A DNA stretch of 64,000 bases from Paraspadella gotoi (taxonomy: Eukaryota; Animalia; Chaetognatha): NCBI GenBank assembly GCA_051294375.1, contig CM119271.1, positions 12,763,039 through 12,827,038 on the forward strand, read 5' to 3'. The notes beneath the pieces are model-generated. The model was not told the origin of the DNA. It was given only the letters and a program-made list of their open reading frames with translations, and made no database searches. The position numbers and the translations under genes were made by a program. Positions 11,634 through 25,081 of this stretch are shown here, one piece after another; the stretch's first letter is position 1; each line of letters starts with the position of its first letter.

Positions 11634-13646
11634 CTAACGAAATTTTCCGGCGTAAAACCCGTTGTTGAGAAAGGCCTTTCTCAAGTAGTGCTCCTGCTCC
11701 TTGTTAAGCGGCTGCAGCGGCGTCCGCGGTCGACCGCCGACGAACCTCTGCCACTCCAGGGCGCGCTTGAGGCCGGCGACGCCGAACCGCTTCGTCACGG
11801 CCTCGTTGGGTTCGACGAGGCGTCGCTGGAGTTCAGCGGCTTCGGAGAGGCGACCTTCCTTGAAGAGCGAGTGGAGCTGACACACTTCCGGTCCGAGGGC
11901 GTTGGCCAAAGCGCAGATGCCTAGAGTTCGAAGGTTTGAATTCTACGTTAACCAAGAGGAAATCTATCGAGCGGGAGATTAACATGGAGGTCTCACTGTA
12001 CGAACTGACATTGAAGGGAGGTACAACAACTGAGACAAATGACATCATTCGATTTAATTAAATTACGAAATCAAATTATTATTCATAAAATGTCCAACCT
12101 CCGGCTCCCCCGGCGATGAGGGTCGGCAAGAGACTCGACGCCGTTCCGGACAGAAACTGAAAATTCTCCGCTCGTTTGGTTTTGTTGATGATGAAGGCAG
12201 CTTTGGCGACGTCGCCGCCAGAGTCCTTCATTCCCGCCACGTTAGGGTGAGAAGCCAGCTCGATCGCCACTTCCGGACTCAGATCGATCCCGGTGTTGGC
12301 TGTCGCGGGAGGAAGGGGGGCAGAGAAAAAGAATGGGTCTCTTAAGCGTAACCAGCCCTAAGCCTAATCCCCCCACTAACCCCAGGTCGGAAAAAGTAAA
12401 ATTAACCCAACAAATGAATTATTGTTGTACAAATTTCCCAATCAGTGAAACGCACTTAAAATTAAAAGCGTTGCCGATTGGTCGGTCTGACCGATTCACT
12501 TACCCGGGACCGAATAGAGAATGACTGGGACGGGACTGGAATCCGCGACGCGAGTGAAGTGACTCCTCAGCGCCGCGTCGCTCATTCCTCTTTTGTAGAA
12601 AGAGGGCGTGATGACGAGGACGGCGTCGGCTCCGGCCTCCGCCATCTTGGAACACATCTCGATTGTGGCGCGAGTGGATTCGCACCCGGCGCCTGATTTG
12701 GGGGGGGGGAGAGAATGGGTCGGGGTTGAATTAGGATACAGATACTGAAGCAGAATAACTTGTGGTTCATTTCAAATAAAGGGTTACTTTTACTTGTTCT
12801 CATGATTTAGAAAAAAAATAATATATCAGCTTTAGCGCCTGAACGCTGTGAACGTTACGAACCGGCGATGACGAGTTTTCCGGATTCACTTGGGACGCAA
12901 TCTCTCACGGTTTTCACGATCCTAATTCTCTCGTCGTGAGTGAGATAAGCGACTTCGCCGGTGCTGCCCTCAACGACGAATCCAGCGAAAGGGATTCGCA
13001 TCCACTTGGCGACGTTGGACGAAAGACTCGACCAGTCAACATCTTCGTCAACTTCTGTCGGCGGGGAAGATAATATTTAAGGGTGTGGTGATGTCCCATA
13101 ACCCGACTCGTCTCTGTTATATCTCGTATTTTTGTTTATTGTCTTGTTTAGGGTCAGACTTAATTATCTTTCATAATGTGTTACAATCTTAGTTTTAAAA
13201 AACTGAAATAAACTTTTCATAACCGACCTCTCCTCTTTGTATTACTGGTGAGTTCTCTACAATAAATTCCGCTCGTCATATTAACCAATAACCACGGCAT
13301 GTGCATTATTAGGCCATTTCGCTTTTTTTAAAGACCTCCCATTCTTAATATTTCTTAACGTAATGCAATGAAGCCCAAGCAAAAGGCAAATCTCCAATCC
13401 CAGACTCGCACCATTTCCGGGACTCGAATCCTCGCGATGAACGAACGGCGTCGGAATCGGCGGAAAGACGCCACCGATGTCGAGTGAATTGCAGATGGTC
13501 GTCGAAAACGCGCGACACGAGTGTAAATTACATCCGGATGCTTCGCGACTTGGAAAGTGAATCGAATTGTTTTTTAAAATTAGGGAATGGAAAATTCTCT
13601 TTCCGACGACGAAGTTTCTGATTCCGGAAAGGACAACGGGCGACAT
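11634..13646 (-). CDS. HOGA1: 4-hydroxy-2-oxoglutarate aldolase, mitochondrial (DHDPS family), multi-exon
   Basis: [34 protein letters not shown] (Schiff-base Lys) and [16 protein letters not shown]. Confidence 0.92.
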
Positions 13647-13875
13647 CGTCGACAACGCCGTCCTTGCTTTTCCTTCTCCGAAAAGCAATAAATCCTCGTC
13701 AGACTCACGTTTCGCTATCTAAAATGATTCAAAGTATTTAAAACAATCAGCCCGGACAATAATCGATCATAAAATTTTATTAAAATAGAAAAAAAAAAAC
13801 ATTTGAGTGACGGAAGAAAGAAAAAAAAACCCATTTCCAAAGAAAACAATGAAAATCAACAATGGAGTAAAACAA

Positions 13876-16488
13876 TTAAACGACTAAAGCGTCTTTGACT
13901 TTTTGAGGAATGCATTCGAGGTATTTCTCGTGATCCTTGGCGGCGGCCAAGACTCCGCCGCCGTTTCGATGTACCACGTCTTTATCGTAGCGCAAACAGT
14001 TTCCGTGAATATCTGCACGTTTTTAAAACGAAAGTTTGGTTGAGAAATCCGTCATTAATTTTTTAAATCAAGCAACTAACCGGTTAGTTTTCCACCGATC
14101 GCGGTTAAAACCGCCTCCGGCGCGCAAGTGTCCCATTTCTTGCATCCTAAACATTAACAAATAAACATTTAAGCAATACTATGTAATAAACCCCCCTAAT
14201 AATCGTGAGTCCCTTCTTTACCCGGCGAAGCGAAGACGTAGGCGTGAGCTTTGCCGTCGATGAGCTGAAGGACTTTGTTTCCGGCGCCGCCGACGCGAAG
14301 GACCGAAGTGGGTCTTCAACGAACCGACAAGAGAGGAGAAGTTACCGAAAACGTAAACGGAATGAAAGAGGATCGACCTTCTTCCCTCCACCCGACCAAA
14401 ATCAACCTGCAGGACTCGACGGCTTCGGCGACGATCCCCGTCCCGTGAGATCGCGTCGTCGTCACGATCCTCTCCTCTGCCGGCGCCGATTGGCCGGAAA
14501 TACCGAAGGCGCCTAAATCCGGCAAAAGGGAGGATTCGGGCGAAAACAGTTTCCGACAACATGACATGGCATCATCAACGGAATGGGTCCGTATAGACGG
14601 ACTGGGTAGGCAAGTAGGCATTGTGACGTGACTGGTGGTTCTCTTAGCGAATCATCAGCCCGACCAATCACCGACAGAGCCAGGCGATGATCACTCTCTC
14701 AACATCCTACCTCAAGAAACAAACTTTCTAAATACAAATCATACATGAACGATCACCTTTTGTCATTGGCAATACTTTGCTCTATTTTTTTACGGTTACC
14801 ATGACGTCTATACCTTCTCTCCTTCAGGATCGTCTGCCTCCGCTCATCTGCGATTCACGAACTCATATTTACGGACTTGTTCATAGGCATTTATATTTGG
14901 TTTTTATTTTTAGTATCATCGCAGGAGTATCAAGCCACCAAAATCAAGGCTCGGGCGATCTCCGCAGGAAATGGAATCGCCGAATCCTGATTGGTCAAGA
15001 CGAAACCGGGATCGAACAATCAGATTGGATCTGTCAAACTTACCCTTACCATCTTTACTCTTCTCTAGTTATAAATAGACTTAGTTTATCTTAGTTTCAG
15101 TAGCATCGAACAAGACTCCTGCTTGTGTCTCACCGTCACCATTGTTCTCAGAATAAACTCTCATCTTGATTTCGACCAACAGAAATCCATGAGTTTTTCA
15201 TTAAATGTGGTGGCAGCGATGTAATTACTTATGATTTGTACCTCATTTTGTTTTACATTTTTATTTACCGTTTGGTTCTTGTGATAACATTTACTCGATT
15301 ACATTTTACATGACCATTGGAGGCTATGATATTCCGTGCTGACACTCGGTTGTGACATTTACCGGACCATTGGCCGACCGAAGCTTGTCCTATGCCTTCT
15401 TACTCAGAAATCGCGAGAGTAATAATTTTTTAATCGATTAAACGTCAACAAACATTTTCAAGACAACTCACCCAGACCGATGATTCCCCAAACGGTTCGT
15501 CCTTCCTCCTCTTCCCCCTCTCTCTTGTAAAAGGGTTGATGAATGACGCCGGCGATGGCGTCGCCTTCGAAGGCGATGCCGATCAACACCGTCACGTGTT
15601 CCACGAAGCCTTGGGTGTATTCGGTGGTGCCGTCGAGTGGGTCCACCCAGACGACCACCTTTTTGGAGGGAAGGGGTGGAACCGTGGAAGAGAGTCAAAT
15701 CGACCACGTTATGGAAAAAAAACTCCCAGTTCAATCACGAGAGAGAGAGTGTTCCACTATATTTCAATTATCCAACATCCTTTTGGATCAACCTGGTCAG
15801 GGGTGACGGCCGAGAAGCGAGTGGGCAGTAGTTTCGTCAAAACTGTTTCGTCCGTTTCGTGTGTTTTCTTATCAAGATCGACGTCCGAAGTTGTTTCGCT
15901 TAAGCCTTCCTCCTCGCCGATGATGGTCAACTCGGGAAATTGCTGTTCACAACAATAAAATTCACATACATTATAAATAAACGCTAATCTTCTTTTATCG
16001 ATCAAGCAATTTTTTTTTAATGAGAATCGATAATGAGAAAGTTTTATCGTGTTTCTGTCGAAGTTAAAACATTCCTTTCACGTAACACGAATATACTCGA
16101 CATAGTTGAATACTATAATTATTTATTCGAACACGATCATTAAATAAACGTAATCATGTCATGCCATCATTTATAGCACAGGTCAAATGGAAAATACATC
16201 GAGGAACCTGAGATAGAAGACCGACGATGCATCGCTGCGCGGATCTGTCGGCTTCTGTCTGAAGATCCTTCATACGAGGATCCTTGGCTTTATCCACGAT
16301 GCCAAGTTCGCCTGAGAGACACAATTGCGAAGGCGTGGGTACAAGAGAAAATAGAGACAGAGACACGTGGTCATCTAGACGAGCCTCTTACCTTTCTTCA
16401 TAATTTCCCTGATGATGCCTCCGGCCTTTCGAGCCGCCACGCACGACGCGCTGACGAGACGAAGCAAAAAGGCCGGACTGCTCGTCAT
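13876..16488 (-). CDS. BPNT1: 3'(2'),5'-bisphosphate nucleotidase 1, multi-exon
   Basis: [35 protein letters not shown]…VTVLIGI…[16 protein letters not shown] and [12 protein letters not shown]; ends [11 protein letters not shown]. Confidence 0.94.
14622..15218 (+). mobile_element. LTR-retrotransposon remnant (LTR plus putative tRNA-Leu PBS) in a BPNT1 intron
   Basis: Starts TGTGACG, has TATAAA at about 15070 and AATAAA at about 15152, and a CA at 15199-15200. It is followed by TGGTGGCAGCG (15208-15218), complementary to the 3' end of eukaryotic tRNA-Leu. Confidence 0.5.
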
Positions 16489-16633
16489 TTTTCAATCTTG
16501 ATTTCTCTTCATAAGTTTTTGGAGTTTTTTTTTCATCCAAAAACACTTTGACACTAAAATCGAGCAAAATGAGGATAATGACTTAAGGACAATCAACAGA
16601 ATCGACAGCAAATGACTCTCTTTCTCTCTCGGG

Positions 16634-16873
16634 TCAGGATTTGACGAAATGTCCGACGTCCGTGACCGAATCGTTCTTGACCATCTCCAATTGTCTCTCG
16701 GCGCGACGAACCAGATACTCGATTTGAAGGACGTCAGTTTTCTTCATCTCTTTCGCGTTTCTTTTAAACTCTTGGCGGACGTGAGCTTTGAGGCCGGGTT
16801 TATTCTTCGACTCTCGCATGAATTGTTTGTACAGACTTAAAATTTGCAACTGGACTTTCGAGTGGCGAGCCAT
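16634..16873 (-). CDS. SDHAF1: Succinate dehydrogenase assembly factor 1 (LYR-motif protein), intronless, 79 aa
   Basis: MARHSKVQLQILSLYKQFMR…VRQEFKRNA…DVLQIEYLVRRAERQLEM matches the SDHAF1 pattern. Confidence 0.88.
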   Translation of the reverse strand: MARHSKVQLQILSLYKQFMRESKNKPGLKAHVRQEFKRNAKEMKKTDVLQIEYLVRRAERQLEMVKNDSVTDVGHFVKS

Positions 16874-17096
16874 GGTCGCGCCAAAGGATTTTTTTCCCCC
16901 CGGAAAACCAAACTGGGCTCTTTTTTTAATCCATCATTTTATTAAAATAACTAACGAAAATAACTAACGAGATTGTGATTTAATAAGTAGGTATAATAAC
17001 AACGTACAACGTAAACTTATATAAAAAAAAAATCTTTAATAATTAACTCGTAATTTTCGCATCGAGTATAATAAAAAAATTATATTAAACAAAAAT

Positions 17097-20000
17097 TCAA
17101 CGATTAGATTTGGGAGTATTGTTCCCCGGTCGTCGGTTCGACGATGCCTGCGCGTTGAGCTCAACGGTTTTCGCTCTTTGACCGAAATCGAGCGAGTGTT
17201 TCGTACCTGTCACGTGTCTCGCTTCGGGGGCGACCTGGACAATTAAGATGTGAAAATTAGACATTTTAACAACTAGTAGACAAATCGACGATTGAAAAAA
17301 GTTTTGAAATGAGCCTCAGTGAATTAGATTGTTTTCATAGCCTATTTTTTTTATTACCAGGTTAAGTTTAATATGCCCTCACCTGAATGACTAAGAGCGA
17401 CTTTGAATCTCCGCAGAGACTCGTCTCGAGAATTCGCGTCAACTTGGAGTTTCTGTAGGGAATGTGAGGCCGTTTACATCTCAACGCGTTTATCACGTTT
17501 CCTAGAGAAAACAAAACGAAAAAACCGAGTTAATTATTAATTAATTAATAACTATTAATAGCTACGAAATTGCTACAGCCAATAGGCTAAGTTATATTAT
17601 CTCGAGGCATGCAATGGTGGGTTAAGGCCCTCCATCCCTCTATCCTACCATAGATACACTTTCTATCAATGAAGTGGTATAATATCATGAAAGTAAACCC
17701 AAACAGCGATGATATTCTCAAGAACTTTTCCAAATTTTATAGGAAGTTTACTCCATTTTCTCACCCAAAGCGCTCAACGAGGAATTTATAAACTTGGATT
17801 CCTCCAGCCTCACGCCTTCCGCTCCCGCCCGCGCCACGTTCTCCGATCCCGCCAAATCGACGAGGTTGAGTCGGCCGACGGTCTCGGCGCCGGAGAGTCG
17901 GTTCCGGCCTTTGATCCTCACGTTGGTGAGGGCGTGGCTGCGGGAGGATCGCTCGTTGGAATTGGTCGAGGCCGTGGCCCGGTTGCGTCTTCCCGTCGCT
18001 AGGAGACGGCGGACGTCTTCGAGGGAGGCTACGGCGGCGCGCGTGGAGTCGGAGGGGAGACCCGGCGTCGTTGAGTCGAGTTTGACGCAGGGAGGTGAGG
18101 ATAAGAGATCCTTTGAAGGAAGGGGGGGGAGAAGATGGTTCCATTTTAAACCAAGGATAGCAGAAGCAGCANNNNNNNNNNGTAACTTTTCTCTTTGAAT
18201 TAAATATGCGTTGTTTAAGAATTGACATTGAGATTAAAAACTTTAATCTAAAACTCACGTAAACGTTCTCGTTGTAAATCTCCAACTGAGCGAGGGTGAT
18301 TTCGTAGTCCCAATCTCCCGTCGTCTGCTCGGACGTTTTCTCGAAAAGGAGAGACAACGCCCTCTGGTTGATGCCTAATTTAAAAAAAAAAAAAAAAAAA
18401 AAATAGACGAAATAAAAATTCGCTCCCTTTCTCCTCTAAGTCGCTCTCCAATCCTGGCGACTAACCGGGATCGTTCTCGGGTCCTTCCATGGTGTAGGTC
18501 TTTCCGGAGCCGGTGTGGCCGTAGGCGAAGATGCAGACGTTGAATCCGTCGATGGAGGAGACGACGAGCGGCTTCACTTCCTCGAACATTTCTTCCTGGT
18601 TTGGAGATCGGAATGTTTCGTATAAAAGTTCATAATACAAAATTAATTTAATTCTAATCTCCAGCCGCGAGAAACCTGCGTCGTGGAAGGAATGAAGACC
18701 TTGTCGAGCCCGAAGGCAGTGGATCGTCCGCGGTTGTGGACGTAGATGACGCCGTCGTCGTGATCGTCGAAAGTGAGGACGTGGAGGTCGTCTACGAGTG
18801 CGGGGCGGACGCGCGCCATCACCCGGATGTTGCCTTTAATGAAAACATTGAGAAAAAAAATGACGCGACGTTTCGGAGGGACACGCCCACTTACGGGTCA
18901 ACATTCGTCTCCTTTTTTATCACCCACCTTTCAAGCGGACGAGCTCGTTGTGATACTTCTTCCTCAGGCTCATCTCCTTCACGTAACGGCGAGTGAGCTC
19001 CGCGTTGTGATCGCTCACGCTCGAGATACTCGCGTCGATCTTTGAAAACATCAATACTTCAGCGGCAATATTCGATCCACCTTTTCAACTTCCCCCCTTG
19101 AACTCAAACCTGGCCGCCGTAGTGTTTGAAGACTTTGGAGTACCACGCGGGCAGCTGATGGAACTCATGGCGAAAATCCTCGTGCTCCTTCCGCATTTTT
19201 TTCAACTCCTCGTGACAGGAGCGGAGACCCGAGGCCAAATTCCCCGTCAAAGTCTTGAGTCGAACGTTTTCCTCTTGGAAATCGAGCCTCGTCTTCGCCA
19301 CCGCCGCGGATACGACCTGAAAAAAACATCATTACATGTAGTTGTATTTTTTTTGTATTGTTTCGAAAGTAATATTAGTCAAATAGAAAAAAATATAAAT
19401 CATAGAGAGAGAGGATTTAAATACCTGTTCGGTATTTTGCAGAGACTCCTCGCAAAGTTTCCGTGACGAAACCAACTCCGCCTCAAGCTCTCCGTTCTAA
19501 AATTGTGTAAAGAGAAATCGTTAAAAAAGATTTAATATTTACTTAAGAAATAAACTTAAAAAATAAACCTTGACTTCCAGGTCCATGGTTTTGACGCGGC
19601 TCTCCTCGAAATCCTTGGAGACGGCGGCGTAGAGAGACCAGGTGGATTTAAGCTCCGACTCCAGGAGAGAACATTTGGAACTAATTAAAGGAGGAGTTCG
19701 ATGTCGAATTCAAAAAACCTTTAATGTTTAATCCTTATTATTTTTTAACCTAAGAGCGTTCAACTCGGCCTCCAGGTTCTGCTTATCCCCCCGCAGAGTC
19801 TCGAGCCGTTTGGAGTCGGCGTCTCTTTGATGGCAGCTCATCTCCGCTTCCTTCGCTTTCGACTTTAAAGACGTCAGCTCGCGATTACTCGTCGACAGTT
19901 CCGCCTGAGAGACCGGAAAAGAAGGAGGGGAAAGGTAACTTAAGAAACAATAAAAAAACAACAAAAAACGGAACCAATTCGCGAAACAAACCCTCGTCTT

Positions 20001-22414
20001 GGAGAATTCTTCCCGCAATCTCTGCAGATCGGCGGCGAGTCTCTCGCGCGAAGCCGTCGCTTCTCGCAATTCCTTTCCGATCTTTAGATTTTCATCGAGA
20101 CGAACGGAAAACTGGAAGGAACGACCGGAAATAATGACAAAAACGTATAACGAAACAAAAATGAAACGGAACAACAACCAAAAAGAAGAAGAAAGAACAA
20201 CCACCTCGTTCTTGTGAGCCTGCCTCGTCTCGGCGATGATCTTGTTTTTGGTCGCCAGTTCCACCTCAGTCGCCAACGCTTTGTTCTGCAATCGTTCCTT
20301 TTCGGCCTCGAGCTTCTTCGCCGCTTCCTGCGCCACTGAGGGAGGTTGAGAAGGTTTGGGTCATGAAAAACCAAATCTCAAAATTAAATTAGCTTTTAAT
20401 TAAGACGAAAAAAATTGTTTTTAATTATTCAGTAACGACCCATAATCATTAATAGCTACCGACGAAAAAAAAAATACATTCAAAAAATCTTAGCTAATAA
20501 TACTACCCAAATCATATTTAATTATCCAAAATATTACTATATTTAAATGAGAGTAAGGAATACCTCTCACTAAAGACTCGTTCTTTATTTTCGCGGCCGT
20601 CGTCGAGTCCAAAGTCTTCTTCGTATTTTTTAATTTTACGTTGAGATCGAAGATTTGTTGTTTGTATTGTCGCTCGTGCAAACGCAATTCTCTTGCTTGT
20701 CGCTGCGTCTCTTTCAGAATCTGAGTGGGATAACTTCGGGGTAAGTTTCAAATGTTTTTCCTACCAATTTCATCGGGTTTAAATATATACAACTTTAGAA
20801 TCAACAATATCATCACTAACAGACGATCACCTGTCTTTTGTTTTCTGGAGTTTGCGGAGTCGTGGGTGATATTAAATTGCTCATTTCATGAAGTCTCTTG
20901 AGGTCAAAAATCAAAACGAGTTAAACTTTCGAATCGTGCCGATTGGCTAAAAGAGACTGACCATTTTAAGCTACATAAAAGAGACTGACCATTTTAAGCT
21001 GCTCGTTTTCCGATTTGTGCATCTGAAGATCATTGACAAGATGAATCTTGTCCGAGTGCAAAGATCGACGCTCGGATCGAAGGGCGTGGAGATCGTCGAC
21101 GAGCTTGCTCAACTCATCCGCGGGACTCGAACAGGTCGCGCTTTCCAAACTGAGGAGAAAAATGTAGAATGTGATATAAGATAATGTTTACAATTACCGA
21201 CGAGTTAGACATAACTCAATGATTTTTAAATCCCCTACTCCACACCTCTTGATTTTCTGGTCCTGTTGCTCAATAACAGTCTGCAACGTATTAATGACCC
21301 CCGTTTTGGCGGCCAAATGTCCCTCGAAAGTTTTCTTGACTGACTTCATCTCGGCTTCGTGTTGGCGTTGCATGTTGGAGACTTGATTCCGCAGCAGATC
21401 AACTCTAAAAAATGAATGAAGTCGTTTTAAAATTCAGCCACGGCCCCAGTCGCAACACACAAAGATAGAGAGATAGGAACTACAAACTACTGTAAAAGAG
21501 AGAGAGAGCGAGAGAGAGAGACACAGTCTCCGACTCACCTGGCGTCCGTCTCCTTCAATCGAACCATCAAGTCTTCCTTCTCTTCCGTCATCGTCGCCAA
21601 TTCCCTCTGCAGAGTCCGATGTTCGAGGAGAAGTTGGAACTCTCCGTCGCAGACGACGTCGCGGTTGGAGAGACTCGGCGTCAGCATCTTGAAGTCCACG
21701 TGAGAGCCCTTTCGTTTTAGATTAGATTATTCGATAGTCTACGTATATTATTGCTAATGCCAAATTTAAGCATAATATTACACAAGTAATGCGTAATTAG
21801 GAAATATCTAAAATTTTACAAATACAAATACAAACTTACGCCCAAGTTGTGAATTACTGGAGATTTGCTGGTTAGTTTCACAAGTGACGTCCTTAAAATT
21901 CTTTGGAAATCCCCCTCGAACTTACCCTCAATAAATAACCGTCCGCTCTAAACGGAGTCCTCGCCGCGGCGTCCCCCTCAGCTGCGACCGTCGCCGCCTC
22001 CAGCCGCTTCGGCGCCGCTCGCGATTTGGCCGAGACGACGGGATCTCGAGGTCGGAATGGCGTCACCGTCACTCCAGGAGACGCCGGCGCCTCGACGGAC
22101 AGCCCTCCCGCCAAAGCCGGCGACGCCATCGCCGCTCGTAAGTCTTCCAACCTCCGCGGGACCGGCGCCGTCGCGCGTAAATTATATTTTTCGAGTTCAA
22201 TCTCATCGTCGTCGTCGTCGTCGTCGTCGCAGATGAGAATCTTTAATCCTTTGGAGATATCCTCGCAAACCGCGTCCACCGAATCCTCGTCGACGGCGCG
22301 TTCGGGGTCGAGGTTCTCTTTGTCGGGGACATCGGGGCTAATCTCGACGGGCGACTTGGGGAGGGAGGCGTCGAAAGGAAGGAGGCGGTGTGGCGACGAG
22401 GGCGAGAAGGACAT
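17097..22414 (-). CDS. C-terminal-motor kinesin-14 (KIFC3-like) with a long coiled coil, multi-exon
   Basis: [54 protein letters not shown] and [10 protein letters not shown] follow coiled-coil exons. An N gap at 18172-18181 is intronic. Confidence 0.9.
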
Positions 22415-22536
22415 CGCCGACGAAGGAGAAGGCTTTTTCTTTTTATTCTCTCTATTTTAGTTTTAATTATTTTTTTCACTGAAAATAAAACCCGAAAAAC
22501 AAACGTTATTAGATTATCGTCTACAAAAAAAACCGA

Positions 22537-24681
22537 TTACGTCTCCATCCCTTCTTCCGATTCGTTCTCCGGCCAAGAGTTCAAATCCCACAGACAAACG
22601 CGGCCATCCTCTCCCGCCGTGATCAAGTTTCTCTGTCGCCAATCGACGGCGCAGGATCGAATCGTGTCAGTGTGGACGGAAGGGAGTCGCGTCCGAGAGT
22701 CTGGTGAAAATCCGTCTGAATGGAAAAAGGAGGGAATCAAAGGATGCAATCAAAGGATGGAATCAAAGGATGGAATCAAAGAATCTCATTTCCAAAAAAA
22801 ACTTAAAACCGCATACAAACTATCTTGGGGTTGTACAACTGAAACTGGCTCACAACTGCCAACTTTCAGCATCGTCTCAATTATTAGAACCAAGACTGAG
22901 TCACTCGTTTCTTAACCGCGAGTCCTCGTTCTCCGTCTAATTGTGACGGGACCGGCTTTAACGTGTCAGTGACAAAAAAAGGGTCAACGAGAGTCCCAAT
23001 CACTTTTGCGGTCAATCACAGAGAATCTTTAATTCCTTTATGGAATATCGATTCTATAACGATCTATCGACTACCGCGAACAAAAGGGCATTTCGTTGCG
23101 AGGCGGACCGATATGAGAATCACACCGGTGCCATTATTAACTTCACGAATTCGTCGTCAGTTTCAAAAAAAACCTTCCCGATCTCCTTTTATTCCTCAAC
23201 CTTTTCCGATTTTGACGAGCGCCGCCTCGCCCGACGACTTTCTCCCCGCGAGACACCACATCTCCTCCAGCTCCGGATGCCAGACGCAATCCGCCACGTA
23301 GTCCAGCTGCGCCGCTGCGTCGCCGGACGAGGGGATCTCCGCGTCGACGAGCGACTTGGAGGAGAAGATTGGGTCGGACTCCATGGCTTCCCACGCGTGG
23401 ACGGATTCCAAGTGGGTCGTGGAGTAGAGGTTGGAGGAGGAGAACCTTTTGGTCGGGGGGGGGGGAAAGGGATCGAATTAAAAATCGATTAAATATATTA
23501 AATTCTATTTTATCCCATCATTTTTTTATATTCTATAACTTTCTATCCTATTCTATCCTATCCCGTCCTATCCCGTTCTTTTCTATTCTTATTCTATTCT
23601 ATCCTACTCTCCTCTCCTCTCCATTCTCTCTAACTCACCACCCGATCCTCGCCACAGAGGATTCCGTATTAAGAGTGGAAAACAAAGAGTCATCCTCCGA
23701 AGATTCTTTCAAGTCGTAGACGCAAACGAGTCCGTCAGTCGAACCTGAGCCGGAGTCATCGAACTGAGAAATTAACGAACATCAATTAATTAATAACCAA
23801 ACAAACAATCAATCGGCCCGACCCAACCCTCCAAAAACCTCACCGCTGGCCAAAAGGTGATGTTGGGTCGGGTGAAATTTCACTTGCGTCACGTCGTCCG
23901 TGTGAGATTCGCTATACGCTCCCACGCACGTGCGGGCTCGTACGTCCCAAAAAACGACGTACGCTTCTTTTTCGTTCTCTCCTGCGGGAATGTAAATTGT
24001 ATTGGAGAGGTAATGTCGATGCGATGGTCAACGGTCGTCGCGCCGAGAAGTGTACCCTGCTCAAGTTCCGTCCCTGCCGCCAGCAAAGTTCCGTCGCCGC
24101 TCAACCCGACGGATGTGAACTTGTTTTTCTCCGAGCCACGCAGCGTCAGAGCCGCGGCGGAGCAGTCGGTTCGGAGATCCCAGCAGCGGAGGGTTCCGTC
24201 GAGAGAAGAAGAGAAAAGGAGGAATGGATCTCGACGGGAGAATTGGAGGTCGGAGACGACTGAGTCGTGGGCGGAGATGGAACCGACTTTGGAGAGGTTC
24301 GAGTAAAGGAGGATTACCACTGGAGGGGGAATGGAATGAATTGAATATAATAAATGAATTAAATGGAATCGATTGAATGGAATGAATGAATTGAAATAAT
24401 AAATTGAGTGGAAATAATTAAATGAAGGAATGAATGAATTGAATGGAATGAATTATGAATAAATTAAATTGAATGAATGGAATAGATGAATTGAATGCAA
24501 TGAATTGAATTGAATTGATCAATGGGTGACCTGCTTTGTGATTCTTACCAGCAAAGTCGGAGGTGGACGCCGCCGCCAAAGCTCCGACCGAAGACGGAAT
24601 TTGTTGTACAGTGAGATCGAAAACATAATGCGACGAACTTTTGTCCACAATCGCATTTTCCGCTTTTAACGTTAGTGTCAT
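22537..24681 (-). CDS. WDR89: WD40-repeat protein 89-like, multi-exon
   Basis: SSSLDGTLRCWDLR, HTDDVTQVKFHP, SGSTDGLVCVYDL and HTDTIRSC…LITAGEDGRVCLW. Confidence 0.78.
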
Positions 24682-25081
24682 AGTTAATCTTTCGGATTAT
24701 TAATATTATCGAATCTAAAATATAACTTTTGATATCAGTCAACAAGTCAAAGACAAAGGATCAGATGAATAACAATACTACACGACTTATAAAAGTTGAC
24801 TTCAAAGACTCAGAGACCCGCTCCGAGTTAATACACATACTAAAAAATTACTATATTGAAAGTCTCTTCAATAACCGCAAACTTGCCATTGGCCGCCGGC
24901 GAATCGGCTGGGACCAATTAGAGACTGCAACGCAAACTGCTCGCGGTCATAGACTCTTCTCCTTTATGCGTAACTTTAACCGATGGCTCCGGTGCCGACG
25001 GCCGATCAAAGTCTCTGACGGTTTGTTGTTGTTGTTGTTTTTCTTTAACCGGAGTTGAAAACCAAACGTCGAATTCCTCCT

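Noticed and set aside
13690-13725. GAAAC and CTGACGA close together upstream of HOGA1 (minus strand)
   Set aside because: Order and spacing leave no room for helices I and III.
20948-21000. Duplicated 25-bp segment TAAAAGAGACTGACCATTTTAAGCT at a kinesin exon end
   Set aside because: Simple local duplication of a donor region; nothing supports a function.
22470-22540. Possible WDR89-kinesin fusion through a GTAATC donor overlapping the WDR89 stop and the spacer acceptor
   Set aside because: The donor is weak, both proteins look complete on their own, and nothing in the sequence favours fusion over separate mRNAs; it needs RNA data.
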